Source: Phoronis australis
Taxonomy: Eukaryota > Animalia > Phoronida
Length of the DNA: 64,000 nt
Direction of reading: 5' to 3'
Assembly (NCBI GenBank): GCA_002633005.1
Contig: NMRA01000625.1
Location: 178,895-242,894 of the forward strand
Part shown: positions 13,501 through 25,917 of the stretch, in pieces
Layout of the letters: every line of letters starts with the position of its first letter
Position numbering within the stretch: the stretch's first letter is position 1
The notes under the pieces: model-generated
Told to the model about the DNA's origin: nothing
What the model saw: only the letters and a program-made list of their open reading frames with translations
The model's database searches: none
Position numbers and translations under genes: made by a program

Positions 13501-16500
13501 GACAGCTTTAGATAAGGGGGTGTAAAGGTTGTTGATAGGTATACAATAGCATAAAATGAAAAAATATATTAAATAAATATACTTATTATGTAGTCAAATT
13601 TTGTGTATGAATAATATGCAAATAATAATATAAATTTTGTCCCTAGATGTAAGCAACACATTACATATTTCCTTATTTCGATTCAAGCGAGGCTAGAACA
13701 ATGAAACAGTATTGCAATGTCTTGTCCTCAGATTCCACAGATGACGGTTTTTCATCAGTCCAAACCTTCAGAACTTGAAAAAATAACTATTTTGCTTTTT
13801 AAATTTGACATAATCATGCTCTAAATGTACTTGACAGGCTCATTAATAAGTCTAGTCATTAATAAGTCCAGTGGTCAGTCACTGAAATGAACATTAAACA
13901 GCAGGTTACCTTGAGTTTCTTCTCACACAGCAAACTTTTCCGAGGGACAAAAATTAAGTGGAATTCCTTACGGAACCCTCCAGCTGATTCCTCTCTGGAA
14001 CATTCAAACATTTTCACATTATAGTTCTGAACTATAATTGCTGAGTATCAAGTGTTTTAATACTACGATGGGTCATATTGGCAACTGAAAGAAGAAAAAA
14101 TGGTAGAATTTGACTCTGGATTTTATGCTAATCTGTCAGTCATTAGGTTCTGTGAAAAAGAAAGGTACATTAATAATAAAACAATGGTTTCAATAACATG
14201 TGACCAAATTTCATTGTTCAAGACTGAATTCTTGAAAACGATGTTGCAGGTTTTTAAGTCATGATTTTACGCAACTTTTGAATTTTTTGACAAAAATCAT
14301 AAAAGTCCTATTTTTTATACCTCCTCATACCAAAGCGGAAAATTTTAATACAAATCCTAAGGTGATTCATAACAGGGCATAAAGTATAGGACCTGAAAAT
14401 TTCATATGAATCAAATCACACATTTCTGAGTTGTTTGACATTTTGCAGGTTACCTTTGGTCAAATTTCACTGAAAATCTGTGCATGTAATGATCCAGTTT
14501 TAATGTACATAGTAAAATATACCCGACAGTAAGTTGTAAACTACATAACTTACGCGTTTGTGTATAGCAACACTCTGAGAAGATTTGTTATTAACTTTTC
14601 AGAGTATCACCCAACAAAAACCAATATGGCTACCTGGCCTATTGTTTATGTAGTAAGTGGTAATGAATGGTAAATTTGTGGTTTTGAAGCTTGTGGGCTA
14701 ACCTGGGTTTTTTAGAGTCTGCTATCATTCAAGTGTGAACTTTGCAACTGTTTAATCAATTTAATTTTTTTAGAAAAACGTAAATAAAGAATTGAACGCT
14801 AAGACAATAAAAAAACTTCAAATGCAGTCAAAATCTCAAATTGAATGTATATACCATCCTTAACAAAGAGAACATGATACAATTTATGGAATGAACCACA
14901 CTTATATAAGCTGTAAATTGACCTTCTCACAATGCAGACTTTTGATTTTAGACCACTCACTGTTACAAAATTTGTCTCAACGTGTTCCTTACTCAGAGTA
15001 AAAGTGAGGTCTAGGCTTGGGACCAACTGACAGTTCATCGTTATTTGAGACAAGATTCAACAAGTTGACTTGGCACAGTGGGGGCACTGTGTATGCTCAG
15101 TAGGGCTTTATGCGATAACAAATTGTCATCAGATTTTTATGTCCAGATATCATTTCTTATCTCGGGAAGGAGAAAATGAAAACATTTCATAGTAGTAAGT
15201 CAAAAGGTATTTGACAGGAGCTGAAGGTTTTATGTACTTTTAAACAGTATGAAAGGGTAACATACTTGCGCACAGCATCAGCGACCACATTCATCAAAGA
15301 TAGCTTGGGTCTAGTAATAAACACAATATTTTGCACATTACTGCGTGGGATACCAGCTTCGACTAGCGGAAACATCTTCTCGACTTCATGTTCCTAAAAA
15401 CATAATTTCGTTGTCTAATTCAGGGGATTTCACCAACGGCGGGCGTTGCTGTCACTTTTCAAGTGCATTGTGGGGTGGTCACCCTCTCGCCGGCAATTAT
15501 CTTGTGGACATGTAACGTCGATTCATAATTGAACTTCAGCACGATAAGAAGGTGCACAGCAGTCCCACAATGAATTTGAAAAAGATCTCCAGTGCCGTAG
15601 GTCAAACCCCAAAATTGCAGTTATTGTGACAAATTGACAAAAACTTCATGCCAAAATCTTTCTATTCAGTTACTTTACACTTTGGGCAAACAAAAACAGT
15701 ATAAATTAGGTTTTTACACTTGTCTGTATAACAGCGAGTGATCCCTTATAAAAGTACTTATAACCCCTCCTATCCCAAATTCTCATTTAGACCACTTACC
15801 GTCATGAAATTGGTCTCAATGTCAGAATCTGAGGTGATTTCAGAGATTCAAAAGAACTGATAGTTTGTCATTACTTGAGACAAGACTCTACAAAATTGAC
15901 TCGTCGCAGGATTTTATTTTATTTTATGCGCCCAGCACGGTCTCAAGAAATAACGAACTCTCAGTTTTTTGCAAGCCCAGAAATTGTTTCCCATCTCATT
16001 ATGTTTCTTTTTTAATGCTACGCTCATTTAAAGCCACCTTTGTATAGGAAATATTAATATTCATTAACTAGAAGCTCTTGGCAGATTGTAGACTTCCCCA
16101 TGGAGTTACAGATTTCCCCACAACTTGACCAAAGAGCTCTCTAGTTCGAGCTTGTTTTCAAAGCCAAATGTTATCAACAATTTTATAGTTTAATGAACAC
16201 TGAGCAGACAATCCTTAAAGTCTAAATAAACGGAGGACTAATGAGGGTTTTGTTGAGAAATTTCTTTTTCTGATGAAATTAGAAAACTTTAATCCCCACT
16301 TAAGTGTCAGTATACTTAAAATTGCTAACACAGCCCCTCAACATTGTAAGATTTATAAAATCCAACCAGCTCATTGTTCAAGTAAAACAAAAAGTTAGTT
16401 TCAATGGCAACAAAGTATAGCTCAATGATGTCACAACCTACCTTTAGCAAAGTATATTCCGCTATCAATCCAAATGGACCTGTCAACGCATCATCCCAGA

Positions 16501-17268
16501 CCAAACCCTGCAAGAAATGAACAGTGGAAAGGATATATCAATCTATGAATAGCTTCATTTGGTGTCATTTCTCACCTTATTTTACCATACTCATCTGAGC
16601 TACCACCCATGCAGCTTAAATCAAGTAACTAAAAATCGCAGGGTGAGCGTTAACCCGAGCGTACTTAAAAATGAAAATTTTCAGAAGTTGGGAGTGGACT
16701 AGCACATACCTAAATGGACAATCAGCTTAATGCCCACGGAGCGACACTGATGTTGAATTTCGTGTGCAGGAGTCAAATAAAACATGCGTGTATTGTAGAT
16801 GGTGTGATTGCACACAGTGGTTAAGTAGTTAGTGTTACCTAGGTGTTTACACAGGCCCCCCACAGGGTGACTGAAATTTCCAGTGCTAATATTGCTCACC
16901 CAGTAACACAATCAGCTGGCCACATGCTGCTCACTTGAACGCTTTCTAATTCTTTGCACAGGTGAAAATGACATCAGAATGCACATGAGGCAAAGCAAAA
17001 GTAATGAAATACGACAGAAAATATGCCGGGCAAGGGCCAGGCATGGCAAAACCAAAACTTCGAAAAGCGGGTAGTGGGGGTAATCCAGTAGCGGCCCTTT
17101 ACCCCTGTGGACACTGAACAACACACGCATTCAAAGAATGCACGTTACAACAACTGTAAGGCTTACCTTGCTACCGACATATTTATCTAAAATTTCTAGC
17201 AATTCTCTTCGATAATTTTCTCTTAAAACACCTAAATTGAGACGACCGGAGTTCAGATGGGAGGCCAT
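4568..17268 (-). CDS. VPS33A: Vacuolar protein sorting 33A (Sec1/Munc18 family, HOPS/CORVET), about 613 aa, 16 coding exons
   Basis: Phase-consistent GT-AG exons: 17268-17167 ([34 protein letters not shown]), 16507-16442 ([22 protein letters not shown]), 15393-15266, 13994-13910, 13487-13383 ([12 protein letters not shown]), 11802-11686, 11228-11048 ([23 protein letters not shown]), 10653-10460, 10052-9962, 9543-9469, 8335-8256, 7764-7678, 7126-6992, 6634-6466 ([13 protein letters not shown]), 5795-5673 ([17 protein letters not shown]), 4671-4568 ([11 protein letters not shown]...PINPF*). These motifs are typical of metazoan VPS33A. Confidence 0.96.
4651..4843. repeat. 39-bp tandem repeat, about 5 copies, spanning the VPS33A last intron/exon junction
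   Basis: Unit caatgatgtagtctgttggacctggaatacaagatgata; on the minus strand it reads gtatcatcttgtattccag|gtccaacagactacatcatt. Confidence 0.95.
7273..7497 (-). mobile_element. tRNA-derived SINE-like repeat (copy 1)
   Basis: Reverse-complement similarity to 44941-45175 (shared ccgcttcctttactcaaggtcgtgggtt...cacactgctaga...tgtaccaga) with a B-box-like segment. Confidence 0.65.
8447..8680. mobile_element. Dispersed non-autonomous DNA-transposon-like repeat, family A
   Basis: tac(a/g)gtaaaaa..cttcagtttgg...atatggtggacaggtgaaattt...aacaaaaataacttttca; related copies near 28680-28900, 47896-48130, 49356-49590, 55680-55790 and 61400-61620. Boundaries approximate. Confidence 0.7.
9611..9860. mobile_element. 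MITE-like repeat, family C (GGGGTAA...TTACCCC ends)
   Basis: Colinear second copy at about 60718-60967 (ggggtaactagtcc...gtggcttaga...tgcaaggtcagtgaa...tttatggtcctggctgagaagaca...ctgagccc). Confidence 0.7.
13204..13340. mobile_element. Short inverted-repeat (MITE-like) element
   Basis: Left arm tagtaacgctaggacctcgctaaaa; right arm ttttagctaggtcctagcgt...ctactga. Confidence 0.5.
14300..14470. mobile_element. Dispersed repeat, family B
   Basis: Degenerate similarity to 38170-38360 and to reverse-oriented copies at 27113-27292 and 51917-52095. Confidence 0.45.
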
Positions 17269-17529
17269 TATTTACTTCCTATTTCATGACGAGCCCAACG
17301 AACTTTAATTTTTTAGTTAAAAGAAAGTATTTTTTTCTATCCACAATACCCTTTAGCAATCTTTTAGTTTTTTATGTTTATATTGGGTACAATTATGACT
17401 TATATTTTAATAATTATTGTATAAATGTTCGCCGCTGGAAGAAGCGCCTCCTAGTAACAAGGCTTGGAACGATTGTTATTACTTTGGCCGGGGACGGACG
17501 GGAGAGAGGAGCACCTCACTTACCGTCAC

Positions 17530-17845
17530 CAGTGGCGGATTTAAGGGGGGGGGCAAGGGGGTCATGGCACCCCTAAAATTCTACCAGATACCATTTGGTA
17601 GTTCGTGTGCGAATTGCTGACTAGTACATGCGCGCAGCCAGAGGGGCTCGGGGGCCATAAACAATGCCGGTAGGCCCTGAACAAACCCCGTTTACCGTTT
17701 TTTAGTCAAAAGTTCCGCAAACCCAAATATTCGAGACGCCTGCATCCCCACATTTTAGGCTGGGCGCGCGCACCTGCCGAAATTCTTGTTATTCCTCAGT
17801 GCCCTGGCCCCCGCCTAACTCAAAATCCATGTGGATCCTCCCCTG
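17530..17845. mobile_element. hAT-like MITE (CAGTGGCGGAT...GGATCC(T/G)CCCCTG ends)
   Basis: Terminal inverted repeats; a shorter relative lies at 22710-22865. No clear target-site duplication. Confidence 0.7.
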
Positions 17846-19012
17846 GTTATGACCACAACTATCAACTTGAAAAAATGGCAGTTCGGGGGGCTCGAATTTC
17901 TGGCGATGTTGACCTTATGCTGACAAAAAAGCGGGAGAACTAAAAAAAAAGGGGGTACCACCTTCACTGTGCGTCTGTACCTTTTCAGTGGGCTTTTGTC
18001 TCGTTTTCTCGGACTTTTTGTTTCTCTGGGGTGGACCTTTTTGCCCACTTCACCCCCCGACTGCGGAGGCCCCCCCTGGGTGCGCGCACGTAATGCTACA
18101 TTGGGCAGGTTTCAACTATGGTACCGAGTCAGTCTTTTCAGTGCAGGAACACACTCGGAACAATCGACCAAATGCCGCCGAGAGCTTCCACCAAATTTCC
18201 ATCCAATCCAGTAAACCGGGCTGTGACAAAACTATTAGGACTGCCGCCGATAGGGCTTCTCAAAATCAAAGCCGAAAGAATATTTATGTTCGAAATATGT
18301 CCCGAAAATAATAGGTGAGTCGCAATCTCCGTCGTTTCCAGAGATACAAAGGAGACCGTGTATAGGCGATATAAGGTCATTTATTATGACTGATAAGGTA
18401 CAGAAATATGAGTGTACAAATAACATAAAGATAAAATAATGATCTCTGGAAAGATGGGCAATAAAAAGCGCCACGAGAGATGTTGAAGACAGAACTTAGG
18501 GTAATTATCTATTATCCTATGCTTGCCATACACAAACGTGTTGGACTGTGTACCGGTAGCCACGGCAATTCGTAATTGGTGACCCCTAGATGCTACACAC
18601 TAGTCGGGGAGTACCGGGTACTCAGAACTCAAAATTTCGAGTCACAGTTTACACTCCAGGGGCGAGGATTTTGAGTTGGGGGGTGGCAGGGCACGGGTAT
18701 AACCAGAATTTCAGCAGATATACGCGCCCAGCCTAAAATGTGGGGACGCAGAGTACTCGAATGGTTGGGGTTGCGGACCTATTGATCGTGGGCTCTGCGG
18801 GTCAGAGTACATCTTCAGACGAAAAGGCATGACGTACTTAATTACCGACTTTCAACAAGGTCAATAGGTGGCAGTAGATCCCAAAAATGTGACGTCGCCC
18901 GGGTGCCAATGATAATTTGTCCACCGGCAACTTTCGGCAACTGACGTCACTTGCGCAGACACTGTCGTGTCAGACTTAGCGCGTGCACACTGAGTGTGCT
19001 GACGCACATGAC

Positions 19013-19171
19013 CATGGGCGGCGCCGCACCATAATAAAGAGGGGCTGGGGGCTATAGCTCCACCCACTAGTGCTGCGCCGCCCATGGTCTGTGGGTGCTG
19101 TACCATTTTAGGGGCTGGGGGGGGGGAGCGAGGGCTATAGCCTCCAATTTTTCAGTGCTGCGTCGCCCGTG
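19013..19171. mobile_element. Short MITE(s) with CATGGGCGGCGC...GCGCCGCCCATG terminal inverted repeats, tandem pair
   Basis: Perfect TIR at 19013 and 19086, followed by a second partial unit; a related pair lies at 25543-25689 (ggggctg..gggctatag...cagtgctgcg). Confidence 0.65.
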
Positions 19172-19815
19172 AATGACGTTTTGGATTAAATGATTGCAAA
19201 CATCAAGGTGCTATCGAAATTGGAATCCCGGTGTAAAACAGATATCCCGGAGTCGAAAGCAGACTCCCGCGCCCTTCAAAATAGCTCATGTAACCGGCAC
19301 GAAAAACGCATAATCCTGATCGGACAGGAAACCCGGGAAGTTTTTCAAATTTTCTAAGACGATGCATGTCAATAGCCTCAAACTTTGCGTTAAAGCATCT
19401 TCAAGTAATTTCTTGTTGTTTTGTGTGTTAAAATTTCCAATAATATACGTAACTTTGTTAGCTTGACTTTTACCGTTAAAACTTGAGCAACTTGTCTGTG
19501 GGCGAATTTCAATATAATCTGTACTGTCAACACGTTTTTATCTCGGTGAATATTTAGTTAATGAGACAGTTGAAAAATCTCGAATTGAATTCGGAAAATC
19601 GGATACGATCGCCAGGCATCAAAATGTTGTGGGGGTGGTAAAACTGAAGATTGATGCGGTCATGTGAAGAATAACTTGCTTTAATTGTGTCTAATCGCAT
19701 AAATTTATTCACACTTCAGAGTATGTTTCTCCATCATATGTATATATATATATATATGCATAGGTGTATCTATTTCATCCTTTCCGAGTCAGCTCTAGTG
19801 GAATCAAATGATGAG

Positions 19816-22800
19816 TTAGTTTTCCGCCACAGTTGCTGTAATCCAGTCCAAGAAATAGGTAACTCTTGAGTACACGCTGGGATAGCCTTCCGTCTGACAC
19901 CCAGATCGTCCCCACGAGGTGGCGCCGTTGACGTACCATTTGCCGTCATTGCCTTTGCAGGAAAGTGGACCGCCACTGTCTCCCTAGAAGAAAAATAGTG
20001 GGAGCTTAGATTCATGCCCAACTTTAGCCAAAAACCAATCGGTCTGCCATCTATGCCACATATGAACTAGGGCGACTCAATATTCACTAGGTGGTGTTAA
20101 TAAATAAATGTTGGCCTTGTTAACATCAGAATAGACTTGATGACAGTAAAAGTCGTCATAAATCAGCAATGGGGTTTTGTGTGAAAACGGACCAACGTGG
20201 TTTGCCTGAATGCAGGCATTTCTATGAAAAGGTCCCTTGCTTCACTTGAGACATCTATAGTAAACTTTGAGTTCCCCAATGTGAGCGTTGGTCCATTGTA
20301 AAACAATGTGAATATTCAAAGAAAGTGAAGCTGTCACCGTTGCTAAGTGTTTATGATTTATGCTTGTATTATCATGTAAAGATCTTATCCGTACTAAACA
20401 ATCCAACCAATGATCTCTTATATACTTACATTGCACGCTCCTGAGAGTCCGTTGTTCAAACACACATGGCCGGAGTTGATGTATCTGGAACCCCATTTGT
20501 TAGAACACACCTCGTTGGTCAGTACGTTTACTTTCAGCTCGTTCAAAATTTCAGAGGGCTGGTTCGGATCTGAAAAATATTAATATAAGTTAACGTATAT
20601 TGGCAAGGATATGGCCATTCAAGGCAAGGATATGGCCATTCAAGACAAGAAAATGTCGTTTACAGACCTTAAGTTGCTACACCACTAAACTAGGCTAGGC
20701 GAGGTGCTTTACCCCTGTCCTATAGTAGGAAATCAAGGTAGGCCCCAGCCAGACAGCACGTCATAAAGACGCGTCCGAGTTCGTTGAGCATGTAAATCTC
20801 CGTGCGCCTGTAATTATTTCCGCTAGACTAGGTTTATTGCATTGGAAATGCAAAAAGTATGTGTAAACGAAACTGATCAGTGATGTTGAGTGGCAGGTGT
20901 ACCCCAATAGGAGTGCGTGTATAGAAGAGTGACAGCAGATACAAATGAAATAAAAAACATTTGAAATCGAGCATTTTGTTTTAAACTAGTCTTTGAGCTG
21001 AGCGTTACCTTGGGTGTTACCCCATCCAGATATCCAACAGTTGTCGTTTCCAGCAATATCCATGCTCGCGGATGGTAAGCACGCCGGGATGATGTGATTA
21101 GTGAATTCCACTGGAGTCTTGAACTTCACCAAGGCGATGTCGTTGGGGAAACCTGCTCCATTTCCGTCGTAGTTTTCATGCTGAAATGGGATGTAACATA
21201 CCGTATGACAACGAAGGTACTGAAAAATTGTCTACTTGGGCGTACAATTGAGTAAATTAACAACCTTTCTCCAGATGAAGATAGTGATCGTAAGAAATCG
21301 CCAAAAATTAAACATATGACCTCCATTTCATTTGATTACACTGCAACCATAGAAAACAATTAGTGTCAACATGCCTTATTTCAAGGCTCAAAACAATCGA
21401 CACGTCGGCGCCATATCTCAAGCACTAGGCCTATCTTTTTGCATGTAATCATAACAGAGATTTTTTCAAACTAAACTATATAGGTCACGTGATGTGACTA
21501 ACATTTAATAATTCTTAGTTATACCATGTCAACGCGCTCATTTATAACAACATAATTAAAAACAGTTGCGTGGATACTTACCATGATTACCTTTGACAAC
21601 TCCTTTGTTACCGGCGCGTAGTCTTCCTGGTCCGCTTTCACGTGGTGTTCGCCGAGAACAACCTTCATTGATGAAACACTTGATCTATAAAAAAATCATT
21701 CTGTTATGTAGTCTCAATATTAAAGAAAGTGGAAGGTTGTTTACAGCCACGGAGCTGAGTGGTACATCAAACAGACTGAACAAAACGGACTACGTTCGAG
21801 CACATTTCCTGCGAAAAAAGCCAGACAGGTATTCACTAGATATATCGTCATGTATTGCAAGCGAAACACGTAATTACGACTCTAACTTTCCACGCGAGTG
21901 TCTTGCGCTCATGGAACGCACCCTTTGTATTGTTTCAGAATAAGTCGCATTGAACCAGTACAACATGGGCCTCCGTTTAGTTATTTGTAAACAGGTATAA
22001 GAACAGTGTCGGCCACACTGCCAGATAAGGTTTCCACGTGTTTTACACGTCTCTTTTTTCTCGATTGTTCATGTTTAGTTTCCTCGTAACATAATTAACC
22101 TACAAGAAAAAACAAAATACGAGGCAAGAAAATTTGCAAAAGTGGTATAAAAGTGGGACGCGAAAACTCTAGTGCTTTAAAAGAAAAATTAGTGTCCAAA
22201 AAGAGTATTCCAGCTTAATGTTATATATGGCCGGGGTGAAGTACTATAGATGGAGGTCCCGTAACCCTGTAAATGAGTAGCCTTGCCATAGCAGTGCTGT
22301 TGTGAATTTTTATGATTCAAGCCTAGGCTCGACTCTTACCCGTCCACACAATGTGCCGCAGTCAAAGCCCAGAAGTCGTTGATGAGCGTAGCGCCACAGA
22401 AATGGAAACTGGATGATGTCGTCTGCAAGGACGCTTGCCAAGGCCATTCGTGTCTACTGGCATGGTTACCGCCAACAATACGAGACTCCCTGCGAACGCC
22501 GCATCCTGTTCAACAAAAGTAACGGAACCACTTGTTATGAACATAATGCATTTACATAATTGTCTTGTTGAAAGCAACATTCCACTGCTCGAAGTTATCT
22601 CGCGCGATTGGCGTTCCTAAAGCTAGACGGATGACACCCAGAGATGATGTCATGGTCACCATTTAGTGAGATGCTTTGGTCTTCAGAATGATGAGTCAAT
22701 GAAGAGGACCAGTGGCGGATTTAGGGGGGAGGGGAACAGCCCCCCTCCCCTAAACTTCTCCCATATTCCAATTGGGCAGTTCGGGGGTGCGAATGTCTGA

Positions 22801-25800
22801 CGGGCAAAATCTTGGCTTATACTGTGTCCTGGCCCCCCTAACTCAAAATCCTGGATCCGCCCCTGACGACTACATGTTTAATAGCAAATATATTAGGTCC
22901 TAGAGTAGCCTGTTAGAGAGACGTAGCCGAATTTGCAGGTGAGGCGCTGTCAATATTCCCGGCTAGATCCTGTACGTAAATAGAAGATCGACGAAACAAT
23001 AACCAGCCTTTCTGTGAGATATTACCCTAGTATTTCGTTTCAATAACACTATAGCCTCGATAACTTGGCTGTCAATACACCTCTTTTCCAGCAGCTGTTC
23101 AGTTGCAGAATGTGCCCCAAACCAAGAAAGTCGCTCTAGCCTCCGAAAACCAATTAACCTCGTTGTCTTTACTGATTAACTCCAACCAGACATTCTTACC
23201 TCCGGGGCTTACGTTAGGTACGCAACACACGCTTCCGGCGGCAGCGCAGTACTCGTTGACGGACCGTCCCTCGCAATCGGACGCCGGAACACATTGGTAT
23301 CCACACGAGGCTCCTGCAGAGAACAATAGAGAGATAACTACCAAAACTCACATAACTTGTTATGTTACAACGTCCTACGTCAATGTGTTGGAGTGCGTTC
23401 ACCAAGACTAGGCATTCGCGAGCCGATATATCGGCTGCCAGGTAGCTTGGCTAAGGAGAAACTGGTAGTTAATCAGTACAACTTAACATAAAACTCCCAG
23501 CATACGATAACTAAATATGCGTCAACCTCTCTATTTTACATTCCTTATATGGCGTTGACTCAAAAAACATTGAATACATGGGCCTGTCATTTAGTCACAT
23601 GTTGTTCTTGTTAACCAGACATTCAGCATTCACTGATACATGTACTTACGTTGATAATTCAGTTGCCAACCCGTTTTCCGAATAGAGCTATCAGTTTTGA
23701 ACCTCAGCGTGACAGAACGGGACGAGGCCTTGTACGTGGAGGCAGATGTACCGCACAATTTTGCCTTGGACACACCGTTCTCCAGAATCTGTGAACAGCA
23801 AAAAAGGAGATTTAAATTTTTATGAGAAAACAGATAGCCGAAGACACATCGGCCGCCAACAAGCATTTAAAGCTGCCTTAAGAGTCTTGAGCATAACATT
23901 ATGCATAAACTGACACCATTGAGCAAAATAGTTCAAGTTAATTTATTTTAAAAGCCATCGACGGAAAAATAAATCATAACTGCGTACAGCATCATAAATT
24001 AGCAAATGACCTAAAATGTCGTCTTCTTGTCAGATTCTATTAGTTTGGAGAATTTACAATACGTATAAAACTTTAGGCATTTTGACGTGTACCTGTACAT
24101 TCTCTTCTCTACCTGTGTCGCCTGTTTTGCGTCTGTGAACTGTTTCCTTGACAATGATTTAGAGTAATAAACCGAAACGTTGGACAGATATGTCGTTATT
24201 TACTGTTACGCGCTAATTTTAAAGTTAGTATGAAACTCTGAAAGACAATATTTTTAATGTTGAGTGGTAAAATGTGCGGCTGGTGTCTTTGTACACATGC
24301 ATCCCAATAAAAGTATATTTCTTTTTCGTTTCGCAATATGGCCTGCCGACGGAGAAGATCCAGCATGTTGGGTCTCGGCTCTAGCAATAATGGACTTGTA
24401 GTTGTTCTCAATCCCAGAAATCATGTCTAAGTAAAGAACAAATTGAACTTCACAGCGAGAAGTGGCTTAAATCAAAAGCTAGATTTTTTACAGTGGGTGT
24501 CCGGGTTCATAAAATTTTTAAAACAACACTTTGTAGAGTTAAGTAGCTATGACTCACCTCTAAGTAGTCGTATCTACAAGATGAACTACTTTCCACGTTA
24601 AAGTTTTCGAATTTGAGAGCGACATTTCCTTCGGGTATAGTGATTGTGTACGTACAATCGAGGTTGTTGCCGTAGTTGTTGGGATAGTTGGGAGACTGAA
24701 CAGTGCCCGATTCACCCTCGAAGTTGCCACCGCAAGCTGCAAATCAAATACACGAATTAGTTTCAGCAATGAACGGGTTAGCTCTCTGCAGAGCTATTTA
24801 AAGTTCCCGAATTCAAAACTTCCAACAAGCCAATTACCACTAGGGTGGTGTATTCTGGAGTGAAGTACAGGATTTTGGGAAACGCCGAGCGCGACGAAGT
24901 TTTTTATCAACATATAGGAGCCGTTATTCAGTGACTGCCCAGGTGCTCCATTCAAATACATGCAGGTCGGATATTGAATACAAAGAAGCTGGGATCTTTT
25001 TCACCGCTGTAGTCTGAATGCCAACTCAATGCTATCAACAATCGCATCAAATACAACTACTTAAATGTACCCTTAAAAATAAACCGCCGCAACATAACTG
25101 CGTCAGGGCTTCCAGCGCGCAGGCGTCTTCGTGTAAGTAAAAAAACGACCAAGATTTTCGTAAGTTGGAAAGCCACGTGCGTTAAGTGACTTGACAGGTG
25201 ACGTCAGTTACTTTCACGTCAAAAAAGGCTGTAAACAATACTTAAAACACCGTTTGTTTGTTATTTTATTATTATTATGAAGATAGCGAATTATTCTTAA
25301 GCAGCATACACCGAAGACAAATGTTCAGACTAAGTCAGTGCGGCGCATCTACTACGAAATTATGAATAAAACTCTAAGCAATTTTACAGTTCTGCTGAAA
25401 TAACGCCACGGCAGTAGACGCGAAGACTGCTTTTAAAAGGTGTTGCAGTTACCGGGAGAAATAAGGAATAAAAAGAAAACGGAATAATTGTGTTAAGGGG
25501 TCCAATCGTTACTACTAATTGATGTCATATGGCAAAGCACGACATGGGCGGCGCACAATAGGGGCTGGAGGGCTATAGTACTGCCCCCACTTACTTCAGT
25601 GCTGCGACGCCCAAGGACGTGGCCGGCACACCCGATAGGGGGTTAAAGGGCTATAGTTCCCCACTTATTTCAGTGCTGCGCCGAACATGCATGAGCTAGT
25701 ATAGATCGGAGCCGTCTAATCAGACAACCAGTCTCTGCTAGGCACTAGTCTAATCGTTGCTTTGTGATCAGACCTGGCGGAAATAGTGCAAAGTAAAATC

Positions 25801-25861
25801 AAGACTCACCCCCATAGGAAAGTGCCACCAGGCAAAGGAAGATGCAAGCAGACGTCAACAT
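19816..25861 (-). CDS. Secreted CUB domain + small Cys-rich module + S1 (chymotrypsin-family) serine protease, about 410 aa, 9 exons
   Basis: Exons: 25861-25810 (signal peptide [17 protein letters not shown]), 24736-24558 ([21 protein letters not shown]...CRYDYLE), 23788-23650 (KLCG...[18 protein letters not shown]), 23313-23200 ([11 protein letters not shown]...[10 protein letters not shown]), 22505-22340 (CG..ESR|IVGG...WPWQASL...TAAHC), 21684-21582, 21180-21009 (NDIALVK...GWG), 20569-20430, 19983-19816 (GDSGGPL...SWG...YPSVYSRV...*). The His/Asp/Ser triad is intact and all splice phases match. Confidence 0.93.
22710..22865. mobile_element. hAT-like MITE, short copy
   Basis: CAGTGGCGGATTTAG...CTGGATCCGCCCCTG terminal inverted repeats; related to 17530-17845. 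Confidence 0.75.
25543..25689. mobile_element. Tandem pair of short CATGGGCGGCGC-type MITEs
   Basis: Similar to 19013-19171. Confidence 0.55.
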
Positions 25862-25909
25862 CTTTAGAAGTTTCCGAACTAATGGTTGCTACTCTGACGA
25901 AAAGCCGTC

Positions 25910-25917
25910 CTTATATT
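25910..25917 (-). promoter_or_regulatory. Candidate TATA-like box of the protease gene
   Basis: Minus-strand AATATAAG about 50 nt upstream of the ATG at 25861. Confidence 0.35.

Noticed and set aside
18480-18506. Possible plus-strand first exon MLKTELR|gtaatt
   Set aside because: No downstream partner exons found.
19911-19925. Near-perfect CTCF motif CCACGAGGTGGCGC
   Set aside because: It lies in the protease coding exon (GATSW codons) and is explained by protein constraint.
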